Shown: positions 1 to 12,359, counted from the first letter of the stretch. The stretch: 64,000 bases of DNA from Callorhinchus milii (GCF_018977255.1 NW_024704745.1:65472001-65536000), one strand, 5' to 3'. Notes: generated by a model not told the origin, from the sequence alone. Numbers and translations are program-made.

Positions 1-432
1 AAGTATTAATGGACTATGGATTCCCTCATCTTTGGTTGTACCCTTTATTATATTATTTCTCTTCAAATGTTTATCTAATTCCTTTTTTGCACTTGAAGTG
101 ATCCCTTTGTTTAAGGAGAGTAAAGTGTATATCCTGCAGTGAAACTCCATCTTGGTGGCTTTCACTGCTGCACTGCAGGTATCGGTTTGGCTACACTGTC
201 ACTAAGGCAGTGCTATTTGATTGAGCTGCAGTACCAGTGAAGTGCATATTACATTTAAAAGTAAAAGAATGAGGCCACTATTCTTGGCTAAAACTCGTAT
301 TTATTGTCAAGTGATAAAATGAGAAAGGACTCAAGAGGCATCTAAATGACTAAGAATGAAGGATTGTTTGCAGCTCTTGAGTTTGCATTACCAGTGAAAC
401 TTAATAGCAGCCATTTACTTCTTGTTAGCAAT

Positions 433-945
433 TACAACAATAACAACTTGCACTTATATCGCGCCCTCCACGCAGGGTAGTGTCTCAGGGTACTTAACAG
501 TGGTGGAGCCTGACTCCGAGCCGGGGAAGGGGTGGGGCCAGGTGGCAGTAAGCACGGGCGAAGAAGAAGGTTTTCAGGCGGGACTTGAAAAAAGGGGAGA
601 GAGGGGACAAGGTAGAGAGATTGAGGGAGAGTGTTTCGGTGCATAGTGGCTGAAAGCACAACCTCCAATGGTGGGACAGAGGGTGCGAGGGATGAGCAGG
701 AGGCCAGTGCCAGTCGATCCGTTTGGCGATGGGGAGCCAGTGGAGCCTGGCCAGAACTGGTGAGATGTCGGTATGCAGTTTGGTCCGGGTCAGTGTGCGG
801 GCGGCAGGGTTCTGAATGAGCTGGGTCTTTTGAATAGTGGAGCTGGGGAGACCGGCAAGGAATTTGTTTGAGTAATCCAAGCGGGAGGTGACAAATGCAT
901 GCACGAGGGTTTCGGCTGCATTTGGGATAAGGTTACCCCATCTCA
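433..945 (-). mobile_element. L2 (LINE2) 3' fragment, decayed ORF2 C-terminus plus tail
   Basis: ORF 494..982(-) reads AAETLVHAFVTSRLDYSN..L.GLP....Q.IQNPAAR.L...LARLHWLP, typical of the L2 ORF2 C-terminal region; ends in a (GTT)-like tail at ~433-450. Confidence 0.9.
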
Positions 946-1224
946 ACATTAAGCTTTCCCAGAACAAGAAATGATTACACATTCCAATGATAAATATTCA
1001 TTTAGAAATGTGATTGGAGATTAGATTCATTATTTACTGCTTGGAAATGGGCTAACTGCTCTATATAAAAGATGGAGAAGTGTGATGACATAGTGGTGCA
1101 TGGAATAATAGTAATCTTCTCTCTCCCTTCCCCCCACTCCTTAAAAAGAAATTACCAAATGTTTACATTATGAAAGTACATATTCTTGCTGAATCTTGTA
1201 CTTTTTTTCAGTCAGCCAGATGTC

Positions 1225-1795
1225 TGACCCATTTGGAAAACCCATCACTATGCTAAAACATTTCATGCATGCCACCTACGTATGCCTTGTATCAGAATGG
1301 AATGTGCCTTCTCTCCTGGAAGGACACATCCTGTTTACTTAATTTCAGCGAGTATTAGGCACAAGCTGGCAAGTGCCAAAGCTTGGGAACCCCAGAGTGT
1401 GCATTGGGGTAATACTGAAGTTTAACCAGCTAAAGCTGCAGAGCTGCCATTGATAGCACTGTCTGGCAAGCTTTCCCGCTGAATGTCCAGTGATGACCAC
1501 CCTACCCATTAGAACTTTGGCTTGCAGGGTTAACAGGAGATGAGTGGGAAGAGCTTTCTGAAACTGATCTGCCCGTCGACATCCTGCAGATGAGACAGGT
1601 TGGCTGGGCTTTCATCTGCGGTGCCCTGGAGTACTGTGGACCTGCCGAGCTCAGGAACTGGACGACCGAGACTCTCGTAAAGCGTTGACTCTATTCTGAC
1701 ATTCCTTGGCCAAGCGTGTCACCTTGGAGCCAGTTCAGTTCCAAAGAGACCCCGCTTACCTTCCCCCAAAATGGAAAGTAACCTTAAACTATCAC
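1225..1795 (+). repeat. Unclassified ~570-bp interspersed repeat, copy 1 (full length)
   Basis: Collinear by eye with the reverse complement of 56320-56885 and with parts of 8345-8725, 30555-30735 and 40395-40665 (cccatcaccatgct; ggaatggaatgtgc; gccaaggcttggg; cttgcagggttaacaggag). Confidence 0.8.
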
Positions 1796-1861
1796 ATATG
1801 TAAGGTCTTGCTGTAAGGAATGTGTTTTGATATGGTAGGGCATATATTACGCTCAATTATT

Positions 1862-2256
1862 AACTGTTCCTCATCCTCACCTTTAAGGCCATCCATGGTC
1901 TTGCCCCCTCCTACCTCTCTGACCTGCTGACTCCCTCCCTCCATTCAGTGGGCTCCAGCCTGCTCCATGTCTCCCGCCCGACCCGCCCTTCCGTCGGTGG
2001 CCAGGTGTTCAGCCTCTCTGCCCCCACACTCTGGAACTCCATCCCATGGTCCCTTTGCATTGCTTCCTCCCTTTCCTCCTTCAAGGCTGGTCTCAAGACC
2101 CTTCTCCTCGATTGTGCCTTTGGTTGCCCTCCCACCTCTCTGCCTTCCCTCACCCCTACCCCATACTCGGGCCCCGACATCTGACTGTTCAGCGCTTTGG
2201 GACATCCTCCCGACGTGAAAGGCGCTCTACAAATGTAATTTTGTTGTTGTTGTTGT
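1862..2256 (+). mobile_element. L2 3' end, young subfamily
   Basis: Encodes ..GGQVFSLSAPTLWNSIP.SL..ASSLSSFKAGLKTLL; tail gcgctttgggacatcctcccgacgtgaaaggcgctctacaaatgtaatttt(gtt)n. Confidence 0.92.
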
Positions 2257-2814
2257 TCAGATTGTTACTATGTCACTAACAAATTTCACTATTTACATTT
2301 GGAAGTATGACAAACTGATTTTAAATCTTTTGATGTGTTTAACTTTTGAAATGTGTTTTGGATCTGGATTTTAAACATCCGATGATGGTGCGTAGTTTAA
2401 GTAAGAGCATTTGGATTTCAATTGAGCTAATAAGATGAGCTGATAACTTTTTAAAGAAAACGGTGTATTCAAAGGAAATTGGCTTTGTGTTTCTGTTGCT
2501 GACTTATATTTTTGCAGTTAAGGTTCATTGCTGGAATATCTCAATAACCTACAACATGTTTTCAATCTATCCAAAAGTTACTGTTAGACAAAGCATTGAT
2601 CTCACAAATGTCATTATTCTGTCTCTAGAGGCAACTTTTTGCATATGTTTCAAGACTATGAAGTTTGCCGATTGAACTCAGTAAGGTCCATTCTCCAGCA
2701 ACAATAATAATTCTATGTGTTGTGTTGTATTTTATTGTAGGAAGCTATTAGAATTCATCTCAGAGAGTTCAATATAGATAAATTAAATTCTGGCATTGTT
2801 TTTTGAAAAAGCTT

Positions 2815-3195
2815 GTCCAGATTTAATAGAGGTGTTCAAAATTATGAGGGGTTTTGATAGAGTAGATAGGGAGAAACTATTTCCTCTGACAGATGGGTTG
2901 ATAACTAGAGGACACAGATTTAAGATAATTGGCAAAAGAACCAGAGGGGAGATGAGGAGACTTTTTTTTACCTGAAGAGTTGTTACAGCCTGGAATGCAC
3001 TGCCTGAAAGCGTGGTGGAAGCAGATTCAATAATAGCTTTCAAACAGGAATTAGATAGGTACTTAAAAAGGAAAAAAATTGCAGATCTATGGGGTAGGAA
3101 TTGAGGAGTGGGATCAGTTCATCTTTCAAAGAGCCGGCACAGGCATAATGGGCCAAATGGCCTCCTTTTGTGCTGTAATAGTCTATGATTCTATA
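2815..3195 (+). mobile_element. CR1 LINE 3' end
   Basis: gatttaatagaggtgttcaaaattatgagggg (DLIEVFKIMRG), WNALP motif, and tail gggccaaatggcctcc...ctatgattctat typical of CR1. Confidence 0.92.
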
Positions 3196-3304
3196 ATTAT
3201 CTAACACACCAGATCAGAGCACATTGGGTTTAATATTTAAGAAACCCACTTCTTAGGAAGAGGAATGTTAGGTGTGAAAAGGAGGATCAGATAATAACTG
3301 TTGA

Positions 3305-3665
3305 AGTGCAATGGTTGTGGTTTCAAGCCCCATATCGGGACTTGAACTTGCATAGTTTGAACTGACACTCCAGTGCAGCACTAGGTGGGTTTTGCATTGT
3401 TGTGGAGGTGCCGACCTTCAGACGTTAAGTTAAATATCCTATGACCCTGTTTGAAAAGAGAAGGGCGGGTTCTCCCGATGTCCTGACCAACAATCCCTCA
3501 AAAAAAATCGGGTCATTCACTTCATGGCTGTTTTGGGACATTGCTTGTGCGTGCACTGGCTGCCGCATTCACCCACAAATATACGTCACTCCACTTTACA
3601 ATAAATCCTGTGAAGAGCTTTGGGATGTCCTCCCGATGTGTATACCAAATGCAAGGATTATTTTT
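3305..3665 (+). mobile_element. Deu-domain SINE (SacSINE1/AmnSINE1-like), decayed
   Basis: ctgacactccagtgcagcact...ggaggtgccg.cttcagacgttaa...gttctcccgatgtcctgaccaaca...tggctgccgcatt, followed by an L2-type tail. Confidence 0.75.
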
Positions 3666-5599
3666 ATTCAGTTTCTTATCGGTCTCTAGGAAATCTCTCG
3701 TTCATTTGAAGATTTATTTAATGGTTCGCTCTGTGTGGAGTATTTTAACATAATCAGAACAAACCTATTCAGTACAAAATCTGTTCACCGACAAATTCAC
3801 AATCGCTACATTTCACATTGAAATTTTGCGAAGCATTATGAGATGTCTCAACGACCTGATACAGTGCTATACACAGTGCAGAGATTATTAATATAAAATA
3901 TAGTATAGGGTTTTTCAAAGCCATTAGCAAACATTGTGACATGTGTAACAAACCTTTGCATTCATACATCAATTGTCATAGTTGCGTGGTTTGGCAATTT
4001 AGTGAGATATTCTTGAGTATGATTTAAGAGATTGTGAAGTTAATACCTGACCTAATAACATTTTCTATGTTGAAAAAGAAAGGATTATTTCTTTTGGAAA
4101 GTTGTGATTTATACCGTTTTTTAAAACATTCATTCTGGGATCTATAAAGACTGTAAAGTCAAACCAGTGAAACCGTAGATTGAATTGAATACAGATTGAA
4201 AACCTCTGATGTTGAATACCAAATACCCTAAATAAAAATACTGTGATTTTAACTAATTGTCTACAAAGATGATTTGAGGAGATTTACAGATTAAAACTGC
4301 AGCTTTAATCTTGAATAGGTAATTTTTAGATTTTATGTATGTTCTGTGTGCTTTACAACAGCTTGGATACGTTTCCTGACTTCTAGTGTGCCTAGCATTT
4401 ATAATACATCAGGTGTATATTTGTATTTGCAATCTTGAAATCATGAATTCAGCTATGTGCTGTACTTAAAGGTGACTATTTTATATCAACTTTTACTGAA
4501 TTTTCTTTTTCTATTTAACCATTTGAGTATGAATCTCAATTTTATCTTTGAGATTTGCCCTTTGGTTACTCTGCACTTTGCATTGTAATATTAATATATT
4601 TCTAGATATCGCTAGTACTTTATTATATGGTCTTGTAAAACAATTACACAACATTTATAAGCAGTGCACTTTAAATATTTATATATACTAAGGCAAATGG
4701 ATTAAGCCAACGTTAAATATTATAAAATTAATAGACCAGAATTTTCTGAATGCGTTATGCAAAAAAATTAATGTAGTTTTCACCAAAAGCCCAATAAGAT
4801 ATAATTTAACACTAATCATTTGGTAATCAGATATTTTTTGAATGGATGAATTGGAGACATCTGTTTGTTTATCAAACAAATTGTTTTACTGAGTTTATAT
4901 TTTGAATACTTTAGTTACATTCATTACCTGCACCAACCGTAATCTTCCCAGCCCTGTGGCTATTTACTGAATTTTGCTTGCGTAATTCTGATTATGATTT
5001 GCATAAACTAGCAAATAACAAAGTATATAAATGATGGAAAAATCTAGCGCTTAAAATTGAGCATGCAGAATTGCAGTCATTTTTTCTGATTAAGGCTTTT
5101 ACCCACAGGAGACTAAACTGGAAAGTGTGAGAAATCAAGACAGTGCAGAAATACAGCCGTGTCTCTGTGTGCTCCTCTATCGGTAGAAGAAAAATAGTCT
5201 TTTCCTGTAGAAAGCAGTCCTTTCTGTTTTCCCAATGATGGATTCTTTGTGAATAAGTTAATTTAGACTAATGGAATAAGTCCTATGGGCTGGCTAGGGA
5301 GCCAGTGTGAAGTCATCTTACCCTGGGAAAAGCTTTGTGAAGGTACTGCACGAACCATTCTCAAATAATACCATGTCCTCAATGTTGGGCAGCTTCAGAT
5401 TGTTCCTGAGGACAAGTAAAGCACTCATCCTGTTGAGCTAATTGAACTGTTCTGGGACGCACATAGCCTCTCTCTGAAAGTAAGGCATTGAAACGTTCTG
5501 TTCACTGAGGTTGTGGACTCCAAAATGAAGAATCCTTGCTGATAGGTAAGATGTATTGAGGATTATGCTAAGAGCTCATTGTAGACATCAGCAAGGAAT

Positions 5600-5965
5600 T
5601 TCAGCCTACCATCTTATTTAGTTCTTACCCACCACTCCCTGCCTCTGGTTCGGATTTCGCATTAATGTTTCTCGCTGTTCACTGATGCTGAACCAAATGG
5701 TGCTGGGCATTCTGTTGACTGAGCTGAGTTTCAAACCTCAACATCTGGTCCAACTCTACCTCACTCCTTATGCTCTTACCATCTTATCCATGTCTCAGAA
5801 TTGATTTTTCAAATGCTCTGCTTACTGGCATCCCTAGATCCCCTATTCAGAAGCTTTATTCATTAACCCAATAATTACAAGCTTCATTGGCTTCTATAAC
5901 CTTAGAGGATTGTGTGTTTAATAAATTTAAGTTTTCTTGTCCTAGTCTTCAAATTCCTCCATTAC
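5600..5965 (+). mobile_element. Old, highly decayed L2 fragment
   Basis: Residual L2 wording (cttcattggcttc, cctagtcttcaaattcctcca). Confidence 0.45.
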
Positions 5966-6754
5966 AGTGTCATTAGAAGCAGACACCGTTTATCCACACC
6001 AAACCTCCTTTTTAAACAAGACTGTTTTAAGTGTAGGAAAGGTCAGTTTGGTAGATTGCAAATGGTTCATTCGTGGTTTAATTAGCACTTAGTGTTACCT
6101 CAGCACAGAGTTCAAAATAATTAAAACTAACAAACTAGAAATGTTCTCATGAATATTCTTTTTTTTTAAAAAAAAGCAAAGGTCAGAGACAAAAATTGTT
6201 CAATGATGGAAGTATTTAAATGTGTTTGTGTATTACAGCAGCATGTCCCAGAAAATGGATAAAGTCACAAAAGGTTGGTTTGAAGCTGGCTTGGGCTGAA
6301 ATGAATATGCCACTTGTAGCTTTGAAGTTCAACATTATTTTCATAATTTAAAAGTAGGGAAAAAACAGAAGAGGAGATAAAATGTCCTTGTGATTTCAGT
6401 GCTGTAAAATCCAATTCAAAGCTTTGATTATTTTTGCCCTCCCCTCATCCTGCTTCCTTCAACCAAGAAAGTACCAGCATATCATTACAAGCTTTGATGT
6501 CAAACATTCAAAGCATTAAGGCAATGAAAATTGGACATTTCAGAGTCAAGTCAGAATCAAAGCTTTATTCCATATTTCTTATTTAATCAGTAAGGTAATT
6601 TTCTGTTGTGATTTTAAAAATAATTTAGTTGAAGGTTCTGACAGCAAATAGTAGAATGTATGAATTATTTTAATAGACATAATGTTCTATTAATCAAATC
6701 CTATCTTCATACAGGTATTGATGTGGTAAAGAAGCTGAGAGAAGAGTAACTATG

Positions 6755-7145
6755 ATGATAATAATACTTGCATTTGATACAGTGCCTTGTCAAATCTCAA
6801 AGTAGTTCACAAAATTTACTGTGAAGTGTATTTGCTATATTTGTTGGCAAATGTAACAGCCAGTTTGTGCACAGAAATGTACCAGAAACAGCCATGAAGT
6901 GAATGATTAATTGTATCTGGGAGAATATTGTCCAGATCTTTTCGAATAGTGCCATGGGACCTTTAACGTCCACCTGATCATGGACACTTGTCTTGTCTGA
7001 AGAATGGCATCTCTGATAATCCAGCGCTCCCTCAGTATTACTGAGTGGAGAGTTAGCCTATGAGTTAAAAGTCCCTACATGTGTCTTCAACCCACAACCT
7101 TCTAATTGGGAGGTAAGAGTGCTCCCAACTGAGCCAGACTGACAT
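6755..7145 (-). mobile_element. Deu-domain SINE
   Basis: ttcgaatagtgccatgggacctttaacgtccacctga...gcatctctgataat...aacccacaaccttct...aactgagcca is the reverse complement of Deu core plus tRNA-like head. Confidence 0.8.
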
Positions 7146-7714
7146 CTATGATTCTAGGGTGTGAATGTCATGAGGAATGGCTGAATTGGTTCTCATCAGA
7201 ATAAAGATGGGGGAGATAGGAAACCCATATTAAAGTCTAAATTTTGAGAGGCGGGTAGTTAGATGAAACAGATTTTTGATTTTTTTTGGTGGTAAACAGA
7301 ACTTTTGTATTTTATGATAAGGAAATGTTTTGATCCACATCCTAATTGTGCTATAAGTGAACCTGGGTTATAACAAAATATGTTAAAATGTATCTATGGA
7401 ATGTTTTCTCCCAGGTGATTTCAGGCAAATCCTTTGAGCGTAGAGTTCTGTCGTGTTTAGATAGGTTTCCCATGGCTGTTGATGTAGTGGACATAGTGGG
7501 ATGAATGTAACTTTTCGGTTCTATGCCTTCTTACTTTCTTGTCTGCTGGTAGTTTATGGGATTTACAAGCATTTTGTGATAGAATTGTTTGTCCTAAAAT
7601 TAAGCATAAAAATAAGTATGGTACTTAATGCCAATAAAATATTAGTTAGCATTAAAAAAGGCAATTAAAGTTCCTCAAAAGCTCTTGAGAGTTATGGTGC
7701 AAACCTCAGTAAAG

Positions 7715-8060
7715 GCAGTACCAAACAATACAGACCAGAAGGGGCTAATGCCTGGTTTGTGCTTTGTTAACTGAGGCTCCAACAGAGGCTTAATTTTGGG
7801 AACTATATTTAGCATTTATTCTTATTATCTTCTGGGCTGGGATTCTTGCAACTGTATTATCTGGTAGGTCTTGCTAGAAAGTTTGCATTAACTGTGGACA
7901 GAATAGGGCTCAACCATGATGTTCCTTATAGATTATCTAAACTCGCTATCTAGCATGTGTAGAATACCCACTTACGTGAAGCAGCAGTGCCAGTGTTCAT
8001 CCAGCTAAATCCTATCTAGGAATGGCAACTTCAAGAGAGGAGAAAGGGAGAAAATTGCAT
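7715..8060 (+). mobile_element. AmnSINE2-like ancient SINE
   Basis: acagaccagaagg...cctggtttgtgct...tgctagaaagt...ggacagaatagggctc...cttcaagagaggagaaagggagaaaattg matches the AmnSINE2 layout as I recall it. Confidence 0.65.
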
Positions 8061-8344
8061 CATCCCTTTAACTTTATATTAATTACTGTTGGCAAAGCAT
8101 ATTTAATTGCTTTCCTGAACAGAAAACTTGCATCAAAATGTCTCCTCATTATACCCTAGTGAAATGAACTGAGCAACCAACATACAGAACGATGCAAGAA
8201 TAATTATTCTAATACTTTATTTTATAATTTATTATTGGTATTAAATTCTTAAAGATAAAGGAAATCAATTCTAATGATGCCTGCAGTAATAAATGCAGGT
8301 TATTTTTGCAGCCATATTGCATGTTATGTGGGGATTTTGTTTGG

Positions 8345-8725
8345 TCAGCCAGTTGTATGGCACATGTGAAGACCCATCACCATGCTTAAGAGTATCCAAA
8401 CCAAACACAATTCCGTGCATCCCACCTACACATGAAAACTCCAGAGATAATTGTTGGAATGGAAAGGGCACTGTCTCCCTGGAGGGATGCATCCTACAAT
8501 GCAGCCGAATTCTAGAGAATATTAGGTGCAAGTTAACAAGAGCCAAGGCTTGGGCAGCCCAGAGTGTGCATTGGGGTACTGCTGTTTGTCCATCTAGGAC
8601 CACCTAGCTGTAGAAGCAGCAGGTTAGGGGTTCAGCTTGCAGGGTTAATGGGAGCTGAATGAGAAGAATCCCCAACCCCAGTGACTGGTCTGCCCTTCCA
8701 AGTCCTGCAAAAGCCAAGGGCATTT
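8345..8725 (+). repeat. Unclassified repeat, copy 2 (partial)
   Basis: gacccatcaccatgcttaagagt...gtgcatcccacctacacatg...aagagccaaggcttgggcagcccagagtgtgcattggggta...cttgcagggttaatgggagctga. Confidence 0.8.
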
Positions 8726-9994
8726 GTGGCCCATTAAAAGACTCTGGAATTAATAGTTTACCCGTATAACTTTCATCTATAGTTAGCATTTTATTGTTCA
8801 TCTTTATGGGTACACGTACACGTTTTAAATTGTTGTCCTGGAAATTACCCGATGCACAAGACATGAATATTGCGTATTGTCTGGATGCAATCTGAGCAGC
8901 TAAATTGTAAAACCCTGAAATGTGAATACGGTATTTTGATATTTAACAATGCAAATTTATACACTACTGCACTGTAGGGTTGCTTATTAGCTGTGCTGCA
9001 GGAGGGAAATTAGACCTACAATTGAGCAAGAGATGTTGCTTAATTTGTGTTTCACAATTTTATTTATAGGAAGCAGAAAAAAAAATTAGGATTCATAAAT
9101 TAAGTTTATTTCAAGTCACATTCTGAAGTGGTTGATTCAGCTGTGCTAGAAGCTGTGCGTTACTGAAAACGTCGGCATTTAATCAATGTCCAATGCCTAG
9201 TAGTGTTACAAAATAAAAGTAATGAAGTAAAAGGTATTGATGCCAAAAAGTACTGCTGAACTGGATTCACAGATGCACAGCTTTTTGTTTGGTGGGAACA
9301 CATTTAAGTAAAAATGGCATCATCCCAGCCTGGAGGAGGATTGCAGCTGAGAAGTCTGTTGAAAGTATCTAATGGGATGTGACCTGAGAATTAACTGAAT
9401 GATTCTCTATGAAATTGTAGAATATTTTTATAATTATCGGTGGTTTTGCATTAAAAACTTCAAAAATCACACAGCATGTCTATTTAAAATGAATAGACTG
9501 GTTGGATTACAGAACTGTGAAGTTCCCAGACTCTGCAGCCAACAAAATGCTATGTTGTTTAAGCCACAGATTCTAATTCCACTGTTAATTGCCCAGGGTA
9601 TTCTGTACGGCCATAGATAATATAATTCTATGCTTGTAAGATGCAGGGCAGTAAAACTTTGTTAATGGATCAGTCCTTCTGGTCTGAGTTCGTAAACACC
9701 ATGTTATTAGACAATATAAATTGTCATATCAGTTCAGGGTTTTGTATGCTATGCATGCAGGAGAATATAATAATGGCTATGTCTTTATTGCCAGAAAGAA
9801 ACGATGTAAAACAAACTTTCCAATTACTCTTCATACTCACATGATTTTCTTCCATCCAAAATTTGGTCAGGAGTTTGATCTGCCATAGCGCAGAGATCAC
9901 TTTGCCAGGTGTATTTGTGGACATCATAAGAATTTGAGAGTGTTTCCTTCCCATGTAGTGAATATAATATTTACCAAAATAAAGGAGACTAAGA

Positions 9995-10070
9995 GAGGGT
10001 GGATGAAGGTAATGCAGTTGATGTAGTTTATACGGATTTTCAAAAGGTGTTTGATAAAGTACCACATTAG
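9995..10070 (+). mobile_element. CR1 reverse-transcriptase fragment
   Basis: Translates to VDEGNAVDVVYTDFQKVFDKVPH, matching the canonical CR1 RT motif. Confidence 0.8.
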
Positions 10071-10325
10071 ATTCCTGGCAGGTGAAACCTTGGGCAAGTT
10101 TCCTTACTCCACATGCCTGATAATAATCCCTCAAGAAAAAAAATCAATAATAAAATTGGTCACTTCAGTCCATGACTGTTTGTGGGAGACTGCTGTGCGC
10201 AATTGGCTGCTGCGTTTCGCCCACAAATATACAGTAAATTCACTTTACAGTATATTCTGTGAAGCACTTTGAGATGTCTAGAAGACATGAAAAATTGTAC
10301 ATCAAATGCAAGGATTATTATTATA
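10071..10325 (+). mobile_element. tRNA-derived SINE (short subfamily), 5'-truncated
   Basis: gaaaccttgggcaagtttccttactccaca...ctgtgcgcaattggctgc...aaatgcaaggattattatt. Confidence 0.88.
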
Positions 10326-10381
10326 TTATTTCCAGTGGCGGGTGGGTCGATAACCCGAGAGCACTGATTTAGAATAGTTGT

Positions 10382-11770
10382 TAACAACAACAACAACAAA
10401 ATGACATTTGTATAGCATCTTTCACATCGGGAGGATGTCCCAAGGTGCTGGATAGACAGAGTTTCGGACCCAAGCCGGGGGGAGTGGGAGGGTAGAGGGT
10501 AGGGGGTGAAGCAGGGAGATCGAAACCACAGTCGAAGAGGAGGGTCTTCAGATGGGTCTTGAAGGAGGCAAGGGACTGGGGGATGGAGTTCCAGAGGGTG
10601 GGGTCACAGTGGCAGAAGGTCTGCCCATCAAGAGTGGGGGGTCCGTGAAGCAGGCTGGAGCCCGCTGAGTGGAGGGAGTGAGCAGGATGGTAGTGGATTA
10701 GGAGGTTGCAGAGGTAGAGAGAACGACTATGCAGGGCTTTGAAGGTGAGGACCAGGATCTTGAACTGTATCCTCTGTGTGATGGGAAGCCAGTGGAGTCG
10801 GGCAAGGATGGGGGTGATAGGGTCACGGAGACTAGTGCGGGAGAGGATGTGGGCTGCAGGGTTCTGGATGATCTGCAGCCTATGGAGGGAGGAGTTGGGG
10901 AGGGCAGCAAGCAATGAGTTTGCATAATCAAGCCTCAGAGTAATGAAAGCATGTGTGAGGGTTTCAGCGACCTGCAGTGTGAGACAGTGGCATAGCCAGG
11001 CGCTGTTGCGGAGTTGGGGGAAGGCATAGCGGGTCATGTCGAGGATGTGGGGGTAGAAAGGATAGTTGAGAGTCAAACAAGATGCCAAAGTTCCGCACTG
11101 GCTTAGTAAGGTGGAGTGTGTAACCATGGATGGTGATGTTGTCAGCTCCTGAGGTGTGGAGGCACTAACGGGAGCCAATCAGGAGAGCCTCGGTCTTGTT
11201 GATGTTCAACTGAAGAAAATTAACTCTCATCCAGCGCTTGATGTCTGACAGACATTCTGTCAGGGCTGCAGTGGTCCTGGAGTCAAGGGTGGAGGCAGAG
11301 AGGTAGAGTTGGGTGTCATCCAAATTCATGTGGAAGTTGACCCCGTGTCTGCGGATTATGTCACCAGGAGGGAGCATATAGACATTGAAGAGCAGAGGAC
11401 CAAGGACAGAGCCCTGAGGAATGCCACATGAGATGGTGCAGGGCTGGTAGTGAAGCCGTTTGTGGAGATGGTGGAAGCGGTGTGAGAGGTTGAGGTCAGA
11501 GTAGAGACGGTGGATGAAGATAGAGTGGATGAGTGCCGGTTACGAAGGCAGCAGAGAGGTCAAGAAGGACGAGGAAGCAGAAGGAGCACTGGTTGCAGAT
11601 GGACATTTGTCACTTTGACCAGGGCTGTTTTTATGCTGTGAGCGGAACAGAAAGCCGATTGGAGGGGTTCGTGAAGGGAGTGGCAGGAGAAGAAGGAACG
11701 AAGCTGGGAAGCAACAACTCGTTCCGGGACCTTGGAGAGGAAAGTGAGGTTGGAGATGGGGTGGTAGTTA
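10382..11770 (-). mobile_element. L2 LINE, ~1.4 kb 5'-truncated, inactive RT
   Basis: GIPQGSVLGPLLF region (~11390-11425); HGVNFHMNLDDTQLYLS (degenerate YADD, ORF 11165..11377); RLDYANSLL..LHWLP..RIQFKIL (ORF 10381..11178); (GTT)n tail; frameshifted. Confidence 0.95.
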
Positions 11771-11771
11771 A

Positions 11772-12036
11772 AAGAAACAGAGGGGAGGTAAGGAGAAATT
11801 TTTCACACAGCGAGTTGTTCGGATCTGGAATGCATTACCTGAAAGGGTAGTGGAAGCCGATTCGATAACAAATTTTAAGAGAGAAGTAGGTAATTATTTG
11901 GGGAGGACAAGTTTGCAGGGCTATGGGGAGAGAGCAGGGGAGTGGGATTAATTTGGATAGCTCTTTTCAAAGAGCCAACACGGACATGATGGGCCAAATG
12001 GCCTCCCTCTGTGCTGTAAAATTCTATGATTCTATG
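11772..12036 (+). mobile_element. CR1 3' end (young)
   Basis: gagaaatttttcacacagcgagttgttcggatctggaatgcattacctgaaagggt...ttctatgattctatga; closely similar to the reverse complement of 48703-48962. Confidence 0.92.
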
Positions 12037-12359
12037 AAGAATTTCTTAGCTGTACATTATGGTGACTGGATAGGATTTCTTCTCAAACATAGATTTGGTC
12101 AGGTAATTTGAAGGGATCATCTTGCTTAATGTTGTATGGATGGTAAGCTATTTACTCAAATCTCCCTGCTCCCCAAACACTGTTGTCCTCCTTCAAAATA
12201 CTCATCTCTAAAGCTACTTCCTGTGTTTTGATTGTTTTGGGATTCTCACCATGTGCTTAGCGCTCAGAAACTAAGCTCTTCTCAGCTCCCAGCAAGAGTA
12301 ATTTGGAATGGGCAAGTTTGGGTAAGGTTACCAAGTCTGAATCTCTCTACTCGTGGAAG

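Noticed and set aside
160-243. Imperfect hairpin ttcactgctgcactgcag...ctgcagtaccagtgaa with a related word near 385-400
   Set aside because: Short and imperfect, with no TSD or family evidence.
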